DNA of 64,000 nucleotides from Chiloscyllium plagiosum (GCF_004010195.1 NC_057720.1:23422560-23486559), one strand, 5' to 3'; shown: positions 41,015-52,794, counted from the stretch's first letter. A program made the numbers and translations. Notes: generated by a model from the letters alone, not told the origin.

Positions 41015-41093
41015 TTGAGAAACATATCAGCCATGATTGAATGGCGGAGTAGACTTAATGGGCCGAATGCCTAATTCTGCTCCTATATCTTAT

Positions 41094-41270
41094 CTCTAGA
41101 TTAGAGTTGTGCTGGAAAAGCTCAGCAGGTCAGGCAGAATTCCAGATGAAGGGCTTTTGTCCGAAATGTCGATTTTCCTGCTCCTCGGTTGCCGCCTGAC
41201 CTGCTGTGCTTTTCCAGCACCACTCTAATCTGGACTCTGATCTCCAGTATCTGCTGTCCTCACTTTCTCC
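41094..41270 (+). mobile_element. Penelope-derived element with a partial inverted 5' arm
   Basis: Antisense arm tctagattagag...caggcag, then sense arm attccagatgaagggc...ccgaaatgtcg...ctcactttctcc. Flanks tatatcttat / tataacttat. Confidence 0.78.
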
Positions 41271-42129
41271 TATAACTTATGGTGTTATGGACCTATTGAC
41301 TCATTGTCTCTAAATGACAACCAGTACTGGATGAATAGCAATTCCTTCCAACTAAATATCGGAGAATCTGAAGTCATTGTCCTCTTAGGCATTAACATTC
41401 TCCCTCTCCCTGGCAACAACATGATCCTTCTATGATATTTCAATGCACTTTTTTTTATCGTTGCCTATGAATTTTTTTTTAAAGGATAAAATGACATTTT
41501 TGACAAGGTTGAAAGAGCAATGTGGGCTAGAAATGCATTTGGCAATAATAATGGAAAAATACTTAATACTTGCAATATAACATGAGCCATTTTACATTAA
41601 ATGCAGTAGTCTTTGCACTGCTGTTATTGTCAGCAACAAAGCGTGTTCAAATATTTCAAAATAGAAAATATGTGAAATACTAATATATTTAAAAGACAAG
41701 CCATTCAGAATGGTCTGTCATTACAATGGTTTTATTTTAATTTTGACTCAATTTTCTTCTCTTTTGTAATACCTAGAAATGCTGTAAAAAGTTAAAATAA
41801 AGTTTATTTAAAATAGTTTAAGTAGCACATTGTTAATTCAAATAATCTCTGCACTGTTATGAGATAAATTCAAATGGGCATGTGAGCTGACTTTGTCTTT
41901 TTACTGGAAGAAAATAATTGCAACCACATTCTCTATGTAACTGGTTCACAATACAGAAAAATACAGGCAGCACTTAGTCTTATTTAAAAACATAATGGCT
42001 TTGAAATTATACAGTGAGATATGAGCATTTGAATGCTTAATGATTTTATCTGAAACATATCCTGCTGCTTTATCTGAAGTGTTATTCTGAGCAAAATATG
42101 TTGCTTAATACCTTTTTCTCAAGGGCGGA

Positions 42130-42347
42130 TGAAATAACTCCACAGTGGCTGATATCCCATCCCCAAGTCACTCTTTAATTTCACGTACATTGAACGTGAC
42201 ACTGGTTCAGCTTTCTCAGAGCCAGCTCTCAGAGTGAACAGAACCTCTGGCATTCCTGTCTATATCTGTCAGACAGGGCTTCCTGACTGGACCAAGGAAT
42301 TCATATTCCATGAGATCCACTTGGCTGACCTCATTACAATCACGACA
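42130..42347 (-). mobile_element. Probable solo LTR (218 bp)
   Basis: Minus strand begins TGTCGTGATTGTAATGAGG and ends GAGTTATTTCA (TG...CA), with a TATA-like gatatag upstream of ATTAAA. Flanks gcgga / gtggg are only an imperfect TSD. Confidence 0.55.
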
Positions 42348-43224
42348 GTGGGCATGCAAATTTCAGGCAAATGGCTTAATATAATTTTACACTGATTTAC
42401 TCCACAGTCTGACTGTGGTAGTTAATACTTGTTCTATTACGTAATGATCGTGAACTGCAGAGAATAATGTTTGGCAAGCTGCAATCAATAGATTTGACCA
42501 TCCAAAGTATCCAATGCGACAGTAATGTATTCAAAGGAGAATAGCTTTCATTGTGCAATTGGTCTAATTCCAATCTATGAGAGTGCCTTCGACTTATTTA
42601 TAAACTGTATCTTGTGTTATCAGCTGGTAGCAGCAGCCATTGCCGTCATTGAGATTACCACCTGCTAACGCTGTTCAGTGAGAAATAGTAAAAACTATTT
42701 CCTCAGTGTAATGCCTCTTCAGCCAATTTCTCTTCCTATTTCAGTTCACATATAAAATGGAAGCAAGTGTATGCAACCTGTTAATTGTAAAGTTCAACAA
42801 ATTTCAATTTAATTGTGAAAGAGTTCTCTGTTGTAGTCTGTACCATATCCAAAAGTTACAGTCTGTTCCTGGTAGCAAGCTGTGATAGCAAGGCAGAAGC
42901 CTGTTCAAATTGTAGCCATTTTCAGGAGAATCAAAACTTTCATGATCATGTCAGAAACCAAAGCAACATTTCATGTTGTTACCAGATTTAGTTAATTCAG
43001 GCAATACGATTTAACAAAGGCATGTTCAATGATTTTGTCATTTTTCATGATATAATATTCTATATCATTATTTTGTAAAAATTGTTTCTTTTGCATATTT
43101 TAAAGGGTGTCTTTAATACAACTAGAAAAAGGAAACAATAATTAAAGGACAACAATTTTTGTATTTTAAATTAGAAAGTAAAATGTCATGCTTTTTCAGA
43201 TAGAACTTTAAATGTTAGTCTTAC

Positions 43225-43357
43225 CAAGAAACCTAACTGTTCTGCGCACGAGTGGATTGATGTAGCAACAATCTCCAGTTACTATGGTCTTCTCACGATT
43301 TCCAAACTCCTTAGTAACTGATTGAAGGAAAAATACAGCCACTTCTCCCACGATTAT
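43225..43357 (-). CDS. PLPPR5: PLPPR5 internal coding exon (equivalent to vertebrate exon 2), 133 bp
   Basis: Translates IIVGEVAVFFLQSVTKEFGNREKTIVTGDCCYINPLVRRTVRFL(G), closely matching recalled human PLPPR5 IIVGETAVFCLQLATRDFENQEKTILTGDCCYINPLVRRTVRFLG. Acceptor ...tttattgtttacaag|ATA, donor G|gtaaga (phase 1). Confidence 0.93.
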
Positions 43358-43649
43358 CTTGTAAACAATAAAGAGATTATTGCATTTTAGAATTGGCATG
43401 ATGAACCCAGAAATTCTCACATACAGTCCACTGCCACTAATTATAGAGTTATTTGGTTAGCATCAAACAAAACTTCTTCAGATTCACTGGGATATTTTGT
43501 TAAAGCTATGGCATTCATTGCTGATCAGACCCAATGATAAAGCAATGCATTGAGCAATCTTTGATTTTGCGTAATTCAGTTGAATACAGTTATGATTGTG
43601 TTAAATATATTGCATATGTTAAGTACATATGTATATTTATTTATGCGTC

Positions 43650-43732
43650 TATATATAATATATAATATATATACACACACACTTAATATATGCAATATTT
43701 ATACAATCATACATATATATATATATATATAT
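43650..43732. repeat. (TA)n/(CA)n microsatellite cluster
   Basis: tatatataatatataatatatatacacacacac and (at)n at ~43713-43732. Confidence 0.85.
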
Positions 43733-43911
43733 AAACAGCTGTAATAGTGTAGCATTTATTGACCAGCAAAGATTTTTCTCATAGATTTTCTGTTAATCTA
43801 ACGATACAAAATAATTTGAGATTTGGAAACCTTACTTCAGGAGTCTATTGTTCATAATCTCCATCTCCTACACTGCTATCAGCGGGTTGAAACGTGACAA
43901 AAAAACTACAC

Positions 43912-44008
43912 AGAAAACAAAAGATCATCACAGCTGCTCAGGCAGCATCCATGGAGGGAAAGCAAACTAACGTTATGAGTCTAGATGACTCTTTATCAGA
44001 GCTGATGA
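43912..44008 (-). mobile_element. Penelope-terminus-derived fragment (third family) with a decayed hammerhead-like core
   Basis: Minus strand ctgataaaGAGTCatctaGACTCataacgttag, followed by ggatgctgcctga as in the other copies. Confidence 0.6.
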
Positions 44009-44164
44009 AAACTATACAATTGTCTGAATAATGCTGGCATCTCTTGGTCCTATTTTAAAAATTTGAACTAGCATTAACAAATGTTCTGAAAAAAGGGCTA
44101 CTTCCATTGAAGCAACAAAATGTTCAAACAATATTCATAGCTATATCTCGAACTGACCACTTGC

Positions 44165-44226
44165 AATTAGGTAAAAACAATGACTGCAGATACTGGAAAC
44201 CAGAGTCTAGATTAGAGTGGTGCTGG
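44165..44226 (-). mobile_element. Penelope-derived 3' tail fragment
   Basis: Reverse complement matches 40957-41014 (tccagcaccactctaatc.agactctggtttccag.atctgcagtc.ttgtttttacc). Confidence 0.8.
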
Positions 44227-44277
44227 AGTGTTAGACTGAAGGTCTAAACGTCCCTGGTTCAATCCCGGGTTTCGGCA
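44226..44277 (+). pseudogene. 5'-truncated tRNA-Phe(GAA) fragment
   Basis: gagtgttagactGAAggtctaaacgtccctggttcaatcccgggtttcggca versus recalled vertebrate tRNA-Phe GAGCGTTAGACTGAAGATCTAAAGGTCCCTGGTTCGATCCCGGGTTTCGGCA (4 differences in 52 nt). The 5' acceptor strand and A box are missing, and there is no CCA. Confidence 0.88.
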
Positions 44278-44614
44278 GACACAGCGTCGCTTGCGAGCTC
44301 CGTCCTTTGTTTAACAGAAACCACTTGCTTTTGCCAGGCAGCAAAAGTGCAAATATGACTTTCAGTGAGAGAGGCTGAGACATTTAAAGTAAATTGTTTT
44401 TCTCCAAGTATATTTGCTGCCCAATGTTAAGCCCAGTCAATTTTGTAAATCAACAAGCTACTTCTGCGTACAGTATAATGGTTCAAAACAACCTAGAAGT
44501 TAAGGTTTGCCTCTGAGGGCTGCCAACTTTCTGGGAGTTTCCTGGGATCACCAGTAGATCTGCCTGGTACTGCTGCCAGCGATGTACAAGAAACGTTCAT
44601 GAGACGAGTACAGT

Positions 44615-47512
44615 TGAGAACAAAAGCAAGTCAAACAGTGAGGGCAGGCAGAGACAAGGTAGGATTAATAAATCAAACTGCATTTATTTCAATGCAAGGG
44701 ACTTAACAGGGAAGGCAGATGAACTCAGGGCATGGTTAGGAACATGGGACTGGGATATCACAGCAATTACAGAAACATGGCTCAGGGATGGGCAGGACTG
44801 GCAGCTTAATGTTCCAGGATACAAATGCGACAGAAAGCACAGAAAGGGAGGCAAGAGAGGAGAGGGAGTGGTGTTTTTGATAAGGGATAGCATTACAGCT
44901 GTGCTGAGGGAGGATATTCCTGGAAATACATCCAGGGAAGTTATTTGGGTGGAACTGAGAAATAAGAAAGGGATGACCACCTTATTGGGATTATATTATA
45001 GACCCCCCAATAGTCAGAGGGAAATTGAGAATCAAACTTGAAAGGAGATCTCAGCTATCTGTAAGAATAATAGGGTAGTTATGGTAGGGAATTTTAACTT
45101 TCCAAACATCGACTGGGTCTACCATAGTGTTAAGGGTTTTGATGGAGAGGAATTTGTTAAGTGTGGACAAGAAAATTTTCTAATTCACTATTTGGATGTA
45201 CCTACTAGAGAAAGTGCAAAACTTGACCTACTCTTGGGAAATAAGGCAGGGCAGGTGACTGAGGTGTCAGTGGGGGAGCACTTTGGGGCCAGCGACCATA
45301 ATTCTATTAGATTTAAAATAGTGATGGAAAAGGATAGACCAGATCTAAAAGTTGAAGTTCTAAATTGGAGCAAGGCTAATTTTGACAATATTAGGCAAGA
45401 ACTTTCAAAAGCTGACTGGGGGCAGGTGTTCGCAAGTAAAAAGAGAAGGCTGGAAAATGGGAAGCCTTCAGAAATGAGATAACAAGAATCCAGAGAAAAT
45501 ATATTCCTGTTAGGGTGAAATGAAAGGCTGGTAGGTATAGGGAATGCTGGATGACTAAAGAAATTGAGCGTTTGGTTAAGAAAAAGAAGGAAGCATATGT
45601 AAGGTATAGACAGGATAGATCGAATGAATCCTTAGAAGAGTATAAAGGCAGTAGGAGTATACTTAAGAGGGAAATCAAGCGAGCAAAAAGGGGGCATGAA
45701 ATAGCTTTGGCAAATAGAGTTAAGGAGAATCCAAAGGGTTGTTACAAATACATTAAGGAGAAAAGGATAACTAGGGAGAGAATAGGGCCCCTCAAAGATC
45801 AGCAAGGTGACCTTTGTGTGGAGCCACAGAAAATGGGAGAGATACTAAACCAGAATTTTGCATCAGTATTTACTGGAAAAGGATATGGAAGATATAGAAA
45901 GTAGCGAAAGAGATGGTGATACCTTTCAAATGGTCCATATTACAGAGGAGGAAGTTCTGAATGTCTTGAAACGCATAAAGGTGGATAAATCCCCAAGACC
46001 TGATCAGGTGTACTCAAGAACTTTGTGGAAAGTTAGAGAAGTGATTGCTGGGCCTCTTGCTAAGATATTTGTATCATCGATAGTCACAGGTGAGGTGTCG
46101 GAAGACTGGAGGTTAGCTAACGTGGTGCCACCTATTAAGAATGGTGGTAAGGACAAGCCAGGGAACTATAGACCAGTGAGCCTGACGTCAGTGGTGGGCA
46201 AGTTGTTGGAGGGAATCCTGAGGGACAGGATATATATGTATTTGGAAAGGCAAGGACTAAATAGGGATAGGGTTTATATTAGAGTGGTGCTGGAAAAGCA
46301 CAGCAGGTCAGGCAGCATCCAAGGAGCAGGAACATCCTGACGTTTCGGCCAAAAGCCCTTCATCAGGAATGGAGGTAGGGAGCATTCAGGGTGGAAAGAT
46401 AAGTGGGTGCTGGGGGGAGGGGGGAGGGAAGGGGGGAGGCTGGGGAGAAGGTTCACTAGGGATAGTCAGCATGGCTTTGTGCGTGGGAAATCATGTCTCA
46501 CAAACTTGATTGAGTTATTTGAAGAAGTAACAAAGAGGACTGATGAGGGCAGAGTGGTAGATGTGATCTATATGGATTTCAGTAAGGCATTCAACAAGGT
46601 TCCCCATGGGAGAGTGATTAGCAAGGTTAGATCTCACGGAATAACGGGAGAACTAATCATTTGGATACAGAACTGGCCCCAAGGTAGAAGAAGTGGCAGA
46701 TGGAGTTTAATTTAGATAAATGTGAGGTGCTGCATTTTGGGAAAGCAATTCTTAGCAGGACTTCTACACTTAATGGTAAGGTCCTAGGGAGTGTTGCTGA
46801 ACAAAGAGACCTTGGAGTGCAGGTTCATAGCTCCTTGAAAGTGGAGTTGCAGGTAGATAGGATAAGTGAAGAAGGCATTTGATATGTTTTCCTTTACTGG
46901 TCAGAGTACTGAGTACAGGAGTTGGGACGTCATGTTGCGGCTGTACAGGACATTGGTTAGGCCACTGTTGGAATAATGTGTGCAATTCTGGTCTCCTTCC
47001 TATCGAAAAGATGTTGTGAAACTTGAAAGGGTTCAGAAAAGATTTACAAAGATGTTGCCAGGGTTGGAAGATTTGAGCAATAGGGAGAGGCTGAACAGAC
47101 TGGGGCTGTTTTCCCTGGAGTGTCGGAGGCTGAGGGGTGACCTTCGAGACGTTTACAAAATTATGAGAGGCATGGATAGGATAAATAGACAAAGTCTTTT
47201 TCCTGGGGTCGGGGAGTCCAGAACTAGAGAGCATAGGTTTAGGATGAGAGGGGAATGATATAAAAGAGACTTAAGGGGCAACCTTTTCACGCAGAGGGTG
47301 GTAATGAGCTGCCAGAGGATGTGGTGGAGGCTGGTACAATTACAACATTTAAGAGGCATTTGGATGGGTATATGAATAGGAAGGGTTTGGAGGGATATGG
47401 ACCAGCTGCTGGCAGGTGGGAATAGATTGGGTTGGGATATCTGGTTGGCATGGATGGTTTGGACCGAAGAGTCTGTTTCCATGCTGTACATCTCTATAGC
47501 TCTGTGACTCTA
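44615..47512 (+). mobile_element. Long decayed CR1/HER1 LINE ORF2 (APE endonuclease + RT + 3' UTR)
   Basis: CIYFNARDL...ITETWL, VGNFNFPNIDW, LDLLLGN, SDHNSI, KPGNYRPVSLTSVVGKLLE, QHGFVRGKSCLTNL, YMDFSKAFNKVPH, and a (ctcta/gtga)-type tail. Stops, frameshifts and an internal deletion near 46690. Confidence 0.93.
46271..46456 (-). mobile_element. Penelope-derived insert in the CR1 RT region
   Basis: Minus strand attc-CTGATGA-a-gggc-tttt-ggcc-GAAA-cgtc. Direct repeat tagggatag at 46262-46270 and 46457-46465. Confidence 0.8.
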
Positions 47513-50500
47513 TCAGTATCACTCTGGCTCTCTTTATTAATAGCTCATGAGCCGCTATTTCCCCTAGCCTAATGCAATGTTTTGAACTCTTCTCTCTTCC
47601 ATCAGTACTATGTCTTTTTTTACACTGTTTCATTAGGTGGAATTTTCTGCATGCATGTGAAGCCAAGACAAGGGTGGGGTTAGGGACAACTTACTTGGGC
47701 AACAGGCAAAAACTCAGTTTTCCAATAGTGGATTAAAAGTTTGCTAAACAAACCCTTTCAGGATGCAGAAGGAGGCCATTTAGCTCAACATGTCTGCACG
47801 AGTTATTTGAGAATTTCAACTTAGTGTCAATCTCTTGCTTTTTACCCTTAACCCTGCACATTGTTTTTACTTAATTAATCATCCTATTTCCTCTTAAATA
47901 CCTCAACTGAACCTGCTGCCATCACACATTCAGGCCATGCATTCCAGACTCTAATTACTAGCTGTTTGACAAAAGTCCTTACTTGTTTTTGCTTCTTTTG
48001 CAAAACATTAGTTCTCAATCCATTTTCAAGTGAGAATAGTTTCTCTCAATCCACTTTCTACAGGTGTAACCCTTTCAAAAAGTCTATCAAATCTCCTTTT
48101 TTTTTGCCTGCTCCTCTCCAAGAAAAACCATCTATAAGACTCGGTGGGTAAGCTTTCCTGACCTTCATGTTTCAGAGCCTATTTTGTACTCATTTAGCAT
48201 TTCATAAATTTTTATCAACACTCCAGCCTGCTGCAATTACATTCACAGGTGTAAGCCTGTTCACAAACTCAATTGCATCTATGAAGCGTGTACTTGACAG
48301 GATAGGTTTCCTCCTCCAAGCTCCAGTGAGTACAACCTTCTTCAGTTACTTAGTTCTTTTGTGACCAGATGTTACGTTCCGCAAACACTTGCAGTGTCAG
48401 GCATGAGGCCTCTCCACATTGATCAGGTCATAAGCTATCACAGCCATATGGAGTCTGGGCTGGTGTTGTTAAGCATTTACCACATTAGGACTTGAAGCCT
48501 GACCTGGCTAACAAGTCTGTCTAAACAGGGTTGACTGATACCAGAAACCCTGACTGGGGCAAGCAAGCAGAGCTGAACTCAAAAAGACCAGCTCAACTCA
48601 AAAATGTCCCTTCTGATGCATGTGGTTTCTTGCTTTCAGTTTAATTTTTGTTTCTCTGTCACCACACCAAAATTTGACTCATGGAGTAAAAAGAACAGTT
48701 AATTGATACACACAATCTAATACTGAACAATTGAACACTATACTACAAATGTTACAAATAAGTACAGAAAGTAAACCAGAAGGAAAAACTATTTAAACTA
48801 GCAAATGCGACATTTAATGGTTTTGAATACTTCAAAGTGGAACTCTTGCATATCCTGTACATTTAATAATATATATCGTTAGATTTTACCCCTCTGAGAA
48901 TTACGCAGGCTAATCAAATGCAGGACATCATACCTGCAGGAATAGAATTTAAGGGAGAGGCCGTAATGTAGTGATATTCTCAATGAATTCGTAATCCAAA
49001 GGCCCAAGCTAAAGCTCCAGGGACATGCAGTTCATAATCCCAGCAATTCAGGAAGTGAAATTTGAATCAATGAAAAAATCCGAAATTGACAATTTACCCA
49101 AAGGTGACCAGTGTCAATTATCATGAAAATCTACCTGGTTCTCTAATGCCATTAGGGAAGGAATTCTATTGTCCTTACCAGGTTTGGACTACATGAGGAA
49201 CACAGCTATGTAGGTGATTACCATCTGCACTCTGAAAATGTCCGAGCTAGCTATTCAGTTCACATCCCAACTAGGGATGGGCAATACATGATGCCAGTGA
49301 TGATGCCTGCTACCCATAAATGAATAGTGTTAGCTACACAACATCCATGTTAGACTGCAAGGGGAGATCTTTTAACAGTTCTGAACACCTCATCTCAGAA
49401 AATATCTATTAGCCTCAGAGTGAGTGCAGTGTGGTTTTACTAGATTGACACCTGTGCTCTAAAGATGATGATATGAGAAGAGATTAAACAAATAAGGGTT
49501 GCAATCTTTGGAATTTTAAAGAAATATAATGATTTGACCAATCACTTTCAAGATATTAAGAGAAAGAGATAGAGTGGATAGAGTGAAACCATTTCTTTTA
49601 GTTGGAGAGATTAGGTGTAAGAAGCACAGTCGAAAAACTACAGCCATATTTATTAGGGATAAATTAGGAGACACTTTTCATGAGAAGGTTGAGGGTAGTT
49701 TGAGGTTCTTTCTGCAAATAGCAATTGATGCTACATCAGTTGTTAATTTCAAAACTAAGATAAGTTCTTTTTTAGCCAAGTATATTTAGGGAAATGGGAC
49801 AAAGGTTGGTATGTGGAGTGAGATCCTAGACCACCCCTGATCTCATGGAATGGAACAATTGATTTATGGAGTGAGATGGCCTACTCCTGTTGCTGGAGGT
49901 ATGATTTTTCAGACTTAAGTTTACAGGTGAGCATGTTAGGAGCTGACTAACTTCCTACTCCCACCGCCAAGAAATCTCTCTACGTCACTCACCAGTCAGA
50001 TTGAGTGGTGAGCTACTTAGCCAATTGGAGACTTTGACCGTAGTATACTAGTTGGACAAACAGTGGCTGGCAGCTTCTGAGCCCTAAAGTCACTGGTCGA
50101 GGCCTAACTTGAGGAGATTCAATGGAAACAAGGAGGTTCTTTTCCTTTAGCTTTTTGTGGGGTTGGGTTCACTAGGAGATCACAGCAAATAGAGTTCCCT
50201 CTCTCCCAATCCCAACTCATTTTGGAAACCAACCATTATATTTGAGGCCTTTATACAGTGATTAATTTACCAGGTTAATGCCTTAGCTGCCACAATGGAC
50301 AATCTCAGCAACCATTTCATTGGTGAAGTGGTGAGTGTCTCTTCAAATCTAACCAAATCTGAATATTTCCCTTTCTTGACAACTCTCATACCATCCCCAG
50401 GGAGGTGGAAATTGCACACTATGTTCCTATGTTTAAAGCTGGACATGTTTGTAGTAGAATTTTATACCATTACCATTTGTGAACAGATGGCCTACTGTAG

Positions 50501-50889
50501 CCTTCACTCTACTATTATCATCAAGCCAGGGGACTAAACCTGATTCAATGAAAAATGTAAAAGAGTACAACAAGAGCATTATCAAGCATATCAAGAATGA
50601 ATTGTCAACCAGATAAACATTCCCATCTTAATAACAATGGAGCCCAGTGTGTGAGTGCAAAAGACAAGGTGAAGTGTTTGCTACCATCTGCAAACAACAC
50701 TACTGAGGCAATAATCTCTCTCATTCTCCTCCTGACATCCTCACTATAACAGAAAACTATCATCCACCTATTCAATTTCATCCATAATTCAACTTCATCC
50801 ACACATGATATCAAGAAATGGCTGAGCGTACTGGATACAGCAATGTCTTTGGACAGTAACAATGTCCTTTCTGTATTAACATAGTACAT

Positions 50890-51962
50890 AAAACATAGAA
50901 CAAAGAATATAGAACAGTACAGCACGTTACAGGCCTTTTGGCCCTTAATGTTGTGCCGGCCTTTTATCCTACTCTAAGATCAGACTAACCTACATACCCT
51001 TCATTATGCTATCTTCCATGTACCTATCCAAGAGTCGCTTAAATGTCCTTACTGTATCTAAATCTCCTACCACTGCTGGTAGTGCATTCCATGCATCGAC
51101 CACTCTCTGTGTCAAGAACCTAGCTCTGACATTTCCCCTAAACCTTCCTCTAAATACCTTAAAATTATGCCCTTTCATCATAGACATTTCCACCATGGGA
51201 AAAAGTCTCTGGCTATCCACTCTATCTATTCCTCTCAACATCATGTACACCTCTACCAAGTGGCCTCTCATCCTTCTTTGTTCCAATTATAAAAGTCCTA
51301 ACTCCCTCAACCTTTCTTCATAAGACATGCCCTCCAGTCCAGGCAGCATCCTGATAAATTTCCTCTGCATCCTCTCTAAAGCTTCCAAATCTTTCCTCTC
51401 ATGAAGCAACCAGAAGTGAACACAATTTTCCAAGTGTGGTCTAACCAACGCTCTAAACAGCTGCAGCATAATCTCGTGGCTCTTAAACTCAATCTCTTTG
51501 CTAATGAAAGCCAACACACCATATGCCTTCTTAACAACCCTATCAACATAGGTGGCAACTTTGAGGGATCTATGGACATGCACCCCAATATCCTTCTGTT
51601 CCTCCACACTGCTAAGAATCCTGCCTTTAACCCTGTATTCTCTTTTCAAATTCAACCTTCCAAAGTAAATCACTTCATAATTTTCCAGGTTGAACTCCAT
51701 CTGCCACGAATCATCCCAGTTCCTCATCTTCTCAATGTCCTGTTGCAACCTACAGCAGCTCTCCATACTACCCACAACTCCACCAACCTTTGTGTCATTG
51801 GCAAACTTACTAACCCACACTTCCATTTCCTCATTCAAGTCATTTATAAAAATCAGAAAGAGCAGAGATCCCAGAACCGATCCCTGCAGAACACAACTGA
51901 TCACCAACTCCAGACTGAATACTTTCCATCTACCACACCTTTTGTCTTCTATGGGCCAGCCA
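50890..51962 (-). mobile_element. 5'-truncated CR1 LINE (RT to 3' end)
   Basis: VLQGSVLGSLLFLIFINDL, KFANDTK, LVRPHLE and FLTQRVVDAWNALP in ORFs 51287 and 50990. catagaaca tail. Confidence 0.9.
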
Positions 51963-51964
51963 AC

Positions 51965-52255
51965 TCTGTTTGCTTGTCCTAGGATGGATGTGTTGTTCCA
52001 GTTGATGTGGTGTCCTTTCTCATCTGTATGTAAAGATACTAGTGAGAGTGGGTCCTTTTGCGGCTAGTTGATGTTCATGTATCCTGGTGGCTAGTTTTCT
52101 GCCTGTTTGTCCAATGTAGTGTTTGCTACAGTTCTTGCAAGGTATTTTGTAAATGACATTTGTTTTGCACGTTGTCTGGGTCGGGTCTTTCAAGTTCATT
52201 TGCTGCTGTTTTAGTGTGTTGGAAGGTTTGTGGGCTACCATGATGCCAAGGGTTG
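51965..52255 (-). mobile_element. Penelope-like (Poseidon-type) GIY-YIG endonuclease fragment
   Basis: HKPSNTLKQ...KDP...NVIYKIPCKNCSKHYIGQTGRKLATRIHEH. Confidence 0.85.
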
Positions 52256-52794
52256 TCTGGCCATCCTCAAATAAGTTTAGCATGCCTTAAGGTTTTCCTT
52301 AATCCTACCCACTAAAGTTTTTCAGGTCCTGTTCCAGCTTTCCTAAGTCCATTCTTCAGCATTGCTAAAGATTTATGCTTTGGAACTAGCTGCACCTCTA
52401 TTCAAACTGTTCCAGAATAACACAGCATTTGTCTAACAAAGTGAAAAATGCCCCTGGTACATGCAAATCCAATCTAACCAATTGCCTATCCATAAGTCTA
52501 CTGTGAATCATCAGCAATAACTGGTGATGCCATCTGCACTACTCACAAGTAATCTGCTCACTGATACTCAATTTTGTTTCTGCCAGGATCACTTCACTTC
52601 TGACTTCACTACAACCTTGGAACAAACACAGATAAAACAATTGAATTCCAGGGGTGAGGTAAGAGTGATTGCATTTGGCATCAAACGACTATTTAACTGA
52701 GTGTAGCATCTAGGAACCTTAACAAAATTGAAGTCATCGAGAACGTTAAGACAGCTCTACATTGATTGGTATCATACCTCAAGGGAAGATGATG

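Larger units (their letters stand above)
40500..41290 (+). mobile_element. CR1 3' end carrying two nested Penelope-derived inserts
   Basis: RMRGDMIETYRILRG and RNFFVQRVVNLWN motifs, 3' UTR cagccatgattgaatggcggag. Confidence 0.8.

Noticed and set aside
44226..44277. Functional tRNA-Phe gene
   Set aside because: The 5' 21 nt (acceptor strand, D-arm, A box) are replaced by repeat sequence, so it cannot form a cloverleaf.
1150..46456. CRISPR-like or bacterial system suggested by recurring palindromic repeats
   Set aside because: The repeats are dispersed, bounded by TSDs and have no regular spacers. The context is a spliceosomal-intron vertebrate gene with no cas or operon-like ORFs.
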